64,000 nucleotides of DNA from NCBI GenBank assembly GCA_977862235.1, contig OZ374564.1, positions 310,001 through 374,000 on the forward strand, in the 5' to 3' direction. Below are positions 57,231 to 64,000 of this stretch, in pieces. The translations under genes and the position numbers were made by a program. The notes below the pieces were generated by a model. The model was given only the letters and a program-made list of their open reading frames with translations, did not search any database and was not told the DNA's origin. Source of the stretch: Dudresnaya verticillata (lineage: Eukaryota). Numbering within the stretch: position 1 is the stretch's first letter; each line of letters begins with the position of its first letter.

Positions 57231-59298
57231 ATTGTGTACTTTTTACTCTGGTGTAAAACTGCTAGTGGCAAACAGATTGTGGGTGTGTGACTTTGGGTGT
57301 ATGGATGGATACATTGGTTTGAAATGGTTGCTGGTGGCCCGTTGGTGTTGGAAATGTACGAGTATTGGCTTGTTGGTATGTAGCGTAGTGGTCCTTAGAA
57401 TCCCCTTCACACCTTTTATAACGTGCAATAAAACACGTTGTTCGTAGGTGAAGAGGACCGATGTGATTGACCACAGTGCTGTGGCGGATTCTAGATACGG
57501 AGAAGGGTGTTTCGCCATGTGCTTTGCGGTATGATGTAGCGGCTGTGCTGCATCGGCTAGAAAAAGATCACCGGCTGCAACACTCGCGAGTTGGCAGAGC
57601 GGGAAAGAACGATAACGAGACTTTCTACGACGGATGCTACATCATCACGATGTTGTCAGCACATACAAGCTTGTTCGCAACGTGTCGTGATGGGCTAGGT
57701 TGGTGGTGGTGGTGATGGAAGGTTGCCGTTTCTCACTGGAGCAGGACAATATGCATCAAGTGTCGCAACATGTTCCATCTGCGTCATCTCCAACAAGATG
57801 TGCCTTACGCTCAAACGGGGAACAACAAATGTTGTTCACGCAGCACAATACATATGGGGACTATTTCGATGGCTGCATTCATGTGGTCCCTGTGGCAGAA
57901 TGGCATAGATGCGCAACAGCGGTTGCGGTTCGAACCTTGATAGCAGCAGCGGAGGTCTCAAAGGCGAAAACGGCACGGCACGCTCGCTGCTCGCTCGCTG
58001 CAAGGCGCGGCTCATGATGTGCTCCATCGCTTGTTTTTGTTCTTCAGTCGCTTCTGGCAGTTACGAACAAAGCGACATGGGCGCAGAGCAGGGTCGAAGT
58101 TTCGTACTACAGTATGCGTATGCTACCTTGCGTTCCAGCGAGCGCTTGCAAGGGACTGTGCGGTTGCAGGGAAACTGTGATCACGATGCAGCACCGGACG
58201 GGTATGAAAGAGCAGAATTGGTGTACCTTCCGCGCCGCCGCTCAGTCCACGTAATGTAGGCAGTTTCGCGGGGCTGCACGCGGCGGTCGTTGCAGCTGCA
58301 GTTGGCGTACCGGATGCAGCCAGACATCGGGGCGAACGGGTCCACGCGCGACGCTTGCAGGGGCCCCTGAGAGTGGACATGTTCCATCGTCGCGGCCCGT
58401 TGTTGACGTGCGCGGCGTGCAACGGAGCGGTGCCAACTGCGTCGCCGGATGAGAGGCGTGCGCGGGCGGCAAGGGGGCATGGTCAATTCGGTTTGGCACC
58501 GGGGGCGCTCTAGCGCGTGGGACAAGGACGTCGCGGCGCTGCAGTTGATAACTGAAACGCGGCGACGACGGGGGTTGCAACTCGGAGGAGGGCGACGCCA
58601 GCGCTTGGCGCCGAACCGGTCGGCGTCGCCATACGCCACCGATGATGTCAACGCCATCTCGCTCGCGGGTACGCGACGCGTGCTCCTCGCTGCGCCGGGT
58701 CGGTGGTGAAGAAATGACATCGGCGCGGCTTGGGCCAGAAACGGAGTGACAGGTGACGTGCAACGCGCGGGGCTGCGCGCGAGAAGCGCGGGCTTCGCCG
58801 ACGGCGGTCGTGGCGGCCGAGGCGGCGCGGGCGCGGACGGCAGCGGTTGCGGCGCGGGCAAATACTGTACCAAGTTTGGGGCTGCTGTGCGGCTGACAAA
58901 AGCGAAAAACACCCGCAAACATTTTCGCAAAAGACGCAATATTTTGGGGGCTCACTCACCAGCGCGCCCGCGCTCGCCACCACCATACCCACCTGCAAGG
59001 TGGCACTACCAAAAACGTCCTCCGCTCCACTTTGCGTCACCTTCGCCCCCGCCCTCCCCCCGCCCGCGTTCGAGCGGCTCAACCCGCGCGCCCGAGCATC
59101 CGACGCAGCCCGACGCCGCGCGCCCGCCGCTCCGCACCCGAACCGCACGCGCGCCTCCGCCACGTCCGCCGCGCTTTTCCGGTCCCGCCGTCGTCGCGCC
59201 CGGCCCATCCGGGCGCGCCTCGCTCCTCGTGAGCCAACCGTCTCCGCTGGTCCGGCCTCGTTGGCTTAGCGCTTAGCCCCTTCAAAAACCCGCTCGCT

Positions 59299-60316
59299 AT
59301 GGAGAACCCTGCTGTCGTCCCCGCCGCGCCGACCTCAGCTGTGCCCGCCGCCAAAGACCCCTCCGCTTCTGCCGATGACATGCATGGTGACCGCGGTTTT
59401 GTTTCCACTTCCACCAACACAACCAATGTCGATGGTAGCGCCACCGTCGATGTTAGTGTCATGAACAACACAAAGGCTGTGTCCGAAGCCGCTGATGAGT
59501 CCCAGTGTGAGCTTCGCTTCCTCATGGTTAACGGCGAGTCTTTTCGCATGGTCGTCCCAGCCTCGTTCTCCGTTCAGGACGTCAAGAAGAAGGTTATTGA
59601 CGAACGACCTCCTGGTAAGTACCGTCCATATCCTAGCCTTTCGAATTGCGTATCGCCGAATACCAAAGCGCAGCGCTGCCAGCCTGCGATGTTGAAGGGG
59701 AACCACCGTGTAGTTCCAAGCCAGCCATGTCATGATGGCATGCATTCGCGGTTGATGAATCGTCTCACGCTTTTGGTCGACATAATGGCGGCAGCGCTTG
59801 CGGAAAGCAAAACTCATATTCGCGTATCGTTGTTCATTATCAGTCGCGCGAGTCTCACATTTACTTTGCGTTTGCTTCGCTTTTGCTAACTTTTTGTTAT
59901 CATATGCTTGGTTTGTCCTCGCTTTTGTATTGTGCAGAACTTGTTGAGTTTTTGAAGGATTCAAAACCGAGCGTAACATCTGGACCGTCAAGCGTCGAAG
60001 AAATCCGCATTCTGCATTTAGGGAAGTTCTTGGAAGACGCAAAGACCCTCAAAGGTACGTTGCGAGTTTCGGTTCTGTCTGCCCTTTTTGATTCTGAATC
60101 GTGGTGTCAAACGATACCCTACCGCTCTGGTGCAGTCCCTAACAGTGTGCGGTATTTCTCACTATCTCCTTCGTCTCTTCAACAGAATGTAACTTCGATA
60201 CTGGAGCTGATAACCTTACAGCAGTTCATATATGGGTGCGCGTACCAGCGAACGCTTCGGAAGATGTGAAGGAAAAAGTGAACAAGAAAGGCAGCGGTTG
60301 TTGCTCTGTAATGTAA
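59299..60316 (+). CDS. Membrane-anchored ubiquitin-fold protein (MUB/UBL3 family), 3 exons
   Basis: Exons 59299-59614, 59938-60054 and 60186-60316. Motifs ELRFLMVNG..SVQDVKKKV..IRILHLGKFLEDAKTLKEC..TAVH. Ends KKGSGCCSVM (CaaX). Confidence 0.88.
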
Positions 60317-61086
60317 CTCGAGAAGGTGCTCAATCCTACGGAAGACATCACACCCCCAAAGACGCTGGTTGAAGCGCAGCGATGTGTTTATTGAGTTTTC
60401 GGCTTCAATGTGGGCATATCATGAAGCACAAGGTTTTCTGGTCTCGCGAGGAGGCCCATGTAAACGACACAACTCACTGGCTAGAGGCGCCTGCTTTCCA
60501 GCGGAAGTCTTCAAACGCTGGAGCAATGGGATGCGCGAGTGCAGACTGAATCGATCAACGTGGGATATATGATGTTTGCATAGAACTGTGAGTACTTCTA
60601 GTGGGGCGAACGAATACAGCGGTAACGTCATTTCTACACCGCTGTTTACAAGAGCTACAGATACCGCAAAAGAAAACCTGTATAATGACAGTCCGGAAGC
60701 TGCGTCGTGGTGCCCGCGCCGTTGGAAGAAACGGGAACGTTAGTTAAAAGCTAGAGTGTGAAAGGTAAATGTAACATGTGTCGATGAGGTGATCGCATGC
60801 AATCCTGCGAAGGGATACCAGTCATGGCGAATCTAGAGCTAGGAGTGTGTGGATAAGTCGCGGAATATTGTCAGAGTTACATGGTCTGGTGTGTGGTCTG
60901 ACACACGTTTCTAGAGCACCGGTGCCTGATCAGGCATCTGTGAGCTTGCCGAACTGGCAAACAATTCTCATGTGGGACAGATGGCGGGCAATTGCAGATT
61001 TTTTGCGAACGGGATTCAGGCGATCGGTCCCAACCCGCGGCCAAACCAGATTGTTGAAGACGAGTCTGTCCACTCGCCTTGACTCG

Positions 61087-61443
61087 ATGAGCGCCCTGGA
61101 GAGCAAGACTGTGAATCCGCTGCAGGCGTGCTCAGCTGAAAAGCAGAAGTATGACGCTTGCTTCAAAGAGTGGTATCAGAAGAAGTTTCTGAAGGTAAGC
61201 CCTCCCCGGCGCACATGCGATATGACCGCACGGCTGGTATACTACTGTTGACTCGTCATGGTGATCTACCTCGTGCACTGCTGACTAGTTGGAGTGTACA
61301 ATTGCTGCTTACATCATGCGCTTTTCAAGGGAGCGCTGGAAACGTCGGAGGAGTGCGATGAGAAGTTTGAGGACCTGCAAGTTTGCATCAACGCGGCGCT
61401 GGAAAGCGCCCGAAAGAATGGTGGCAATCAGAAGCGGAAATGA
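61087..61443 (+). CDS. MDM35: Twin CX9C mitochondrial intermembrane-space protein MDM35/TRIAP1, 2 exons
   Basis: Exons 61087-61194 and 61330-61443. CSAEKQKYDACFKEWYQKKFLKG...ECDEKFEDLQVC gives two CX9C motifs. Confidence 0.88.
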
Positions 61444-61998
61444 ATACAGCACACGTGAAGCGGAGACTTGCTCTCCCCACAAGTTGCCCTACATGTCGCT
61501 CGGCCTGTCTATCCCTTGTTCTGTGAGGTCTTGCCTGCATCCACGGGCCTTTGGGCGGACACTACCTCTCAACCGGTGCAGCACGAAGACCGACGAGGTC
61601 ACTGCGTGGCGGTGGCGAGCTGGCAGGGTGGAGTGTCGCTGTCCCCGTCGCAGCCGCACGGAGAGTGTCAATATACTGTAATGCTTCTGTAATGGTAAAG
61701 TAAGGGAATGCAGTGGCATTGCTGGTGGCGCTCGCAGAGGCGGCTGTCGGGAATCTCCCCGACTGCGGCACGTTGACGTCGACTCCGTTTGCCGGCTTCC
61801 AAAACGATCGGTTCTCGCCACAACCGTCACACATTCACGCAGTTTATGAGATCGAGCTACCGACAAGCGCTGACCGCTTCAAGCGCTGCTTACCGACGCC
61901 TCCATATCGCGTGGAGGCTGTGAGCACTCCATTCCCAAAAGATCTGTGGTACGCATTCCTGAGCCTGCCAGTCGATGCAAGAGGGAGGCACCAGAGAG

Positions 61999-63267
61999 AT
62001 GCTGGGCAACGTAGCATTCTTGTCGACAGCGGCAACCTGCACTTTTTGGGGTTGCGGCGTGTACCGTTCGCATCCATCTCCAGTTCTTTGCTTGCCGAAC
62101 CCAGCGCATCCGAAGACAGCGGCACTTTGGAAGCAGCGGTCTGGGGCCACGCATCAGGTATGGAGAATGGGCAGCACATACCCCACCACGGACAAGATGG
62201 GCTACCGAGTCCTGAACGTGAGCGGCATGTCCTCTCGACGGACTCCGCTTTGGCTGCTGGGCCTTGTCTGTGCCGCGATCGTGTGGGCCATGCGTCGCAT
62301 CGTCGTTCTTCGTCATCTTGCGCGGAAGTACCAGCGAAGAGATCTCCTGCGGGACATCGCCGAGTTTTACGATGAACGCTCTGCGGCGTGGGAGGCCGTG
62401 TGGGGCGAGCACATGCACCATGGCTTGTACGACACTGTGGATGGGAAGACCCTTCGCGGATCTCCGGCGCAGGTGCGTACTATGTCGGAGATGCTGCGCT
62501 TGAGCGGCTTGATGGATGCAGAGCTACCGAAGGGTGCTAAGATTCTGGATGTGGGATGTGGCATCGGTGGGGCCTCCCGCTTCTTAGCACGGCATTTTGG
62601 GGAAGACTGCGAGGTTACGGGCATTACGCTTAGTCCAATACAGGCGCAACGAGCGAACGAGATCAATGAAGAGAAGGGGTTGTCTGGAAGAGTTAAGAAT
62701 GAAGTACGAAACGCCCTGTACACGGAGTTCCCGGACGACCATTTTGACATCGTCTGGAGTTTGGAGAGCGGCGAGCACATGGAACATAAGCAGAAGTTCC
62801 TACAAGAGTGTAGCCGTGTCTTGAAGCCAGGCGGGAAAATGGTCATGCTAGTTTGGTGCATTCGAGAGTCAAACCCGCCTCTAAATGTCGGTGAGCGATT
62901 TTCAATCCGAAGGATAATGGAAGAATACTGCTTGCCAAGAGTTGCCCCGGCAAGTGAGTACAACACAGAGTTGGTAAGAGCAGGTATGCGCGGTGTTGTC
63001 ACCAGCGACTGGACTAAACGAGCGGCACCATTTTGGGGTGAAGTAGCGAGGAGCGCAGCCTTTAATCCCAAGGGCTGGGCTGTGTTGCGAAAATACGGGT
63101 GGCCACTATTGCGGTCAGCTCTAGCAATGCGGCACGTAGTTGCGGGCATCAGACAAGGCGTTTTCCGCCTGGTAGCGTTGGCCTCGCGCAAGCCGACTCT
63201 GGAAGAGCAACAGGAAGAAGCTGAGCGACAGTTGCGATGCTGCGACAAACGTTCTTTAGGACGATAG
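61999..63267 (+). CDS. VTE4: Gamma-tocopherol methyltransferase (SAM-dependent), plastid-targeted
   Basis: Motifs IAEFYDE..WEAVWGEHMHHG, ILDVGCGIGG, GITLSPIQ, FDIVWSLESGEHM, DWTKRAAPFW. Leader MLGNVAF. Confidence 0.88.
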   Translation: MLGNVAFLSTAATCTFWGCGVYRSHPSPVLCLPNPAHPKTAALWKQRSGATHQVWRMGSTYPTTDKMGYRVLNVSGMSSRRTPLWLLGLVCAAIVWAMRRIVVLRHLARKYQRRDLLRDIAEFYDERSAAWEAVWGEHMHHGLYDTVDGKTLRGSPAQVRTMSEMLRLSGLMDAELPKGAKILDVGCGIGGASRFLARHFGEDCEVTGITLSPIQAQRANEINEEKGLSGRVKNEVRNALYTEFPDDHFDIVWSLESGEHMEHKQKFLQECSRVLKPGGKMVMLVWCIRESNPPLNVGERFSIRRIMEEYCLPRVAPASEYNTELVRAGMRGVVTSDWTKRAAPFWGEVARSAAFNPKGWAVLRKYGWPLLRSALAMRHVVAGIRQGVFRLVALASRKPTLEEQQEEAERQLRCCDKRSLGR

Positions 63268-63329
63268 AGAGACGCTGTAAATCAAAATGGTTGTCTAAAG
63301 ACTACACAATAGCCATGGCTGACCAGAGC

Positions 63330-64000
<671 letters not shown>

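Noticed and set aside
58181..58939. 252-aa minus-strand ORF divergent from MUB
   Set aside because: Arg/Pro/Ala-rich with equally long ORFs in other frames and no domain; cannot be supported without expression data.

Overview
Eukaryotic nuclear DNA, most likely from a florideophyte red alga (inference). The basis is compact, mostly intronless genes, short GT-AG introns with CTAAC/CTGAC branch points, 'AF'-type plastid transit peptides, and a Rheb GTPase alongside plastid-targeted enzymes. Three gene clusters are present. Cluster 1 (1-18 kb): PTEN/C2-type formin, TEN1, SKI8/WDR61, Rheb, NAA15, MORG1/WDR83, an orphan ORF and GATA factor A. Cluster 2 (25-34 kb): organellar MetRS, FCP1, a PH-only protein, a stand-alone BPL_N protein and prefoldin 2. 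Cluster 3 (56-64 kb): GATA factor B, MUB/UBL3, MDM35, VTE4 and a partial ATP synthase beta. Gene-poor stretches of ~7 kb and ~22 kb separate the clusters, and each lies directly upstream of a GATA gene. Several spliced genes that the ORF track fragments or mis-frames were reconstructed by hand. The most interesting signals are: (1) a stop-free, in-frame intron inside GATA-A's zinc finger, at the same position as an intron in GATA-B; (2) strong non-coding enrichment of TACAGTA/TACTGTA, which matches a Tc1/mariner excision footprint; (3) a gene-less GC island with promoter-like divergent strand skew; (4) a Rheb with deviant G-box motifs; (5) a stand-alone BPL_N protein with an intact Cys-His-Glu triad. 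No rRNA, convincing tRNA, CRISPR array or intact transposon was seen. All assignments come from motif recognition by eye; no database search was run.
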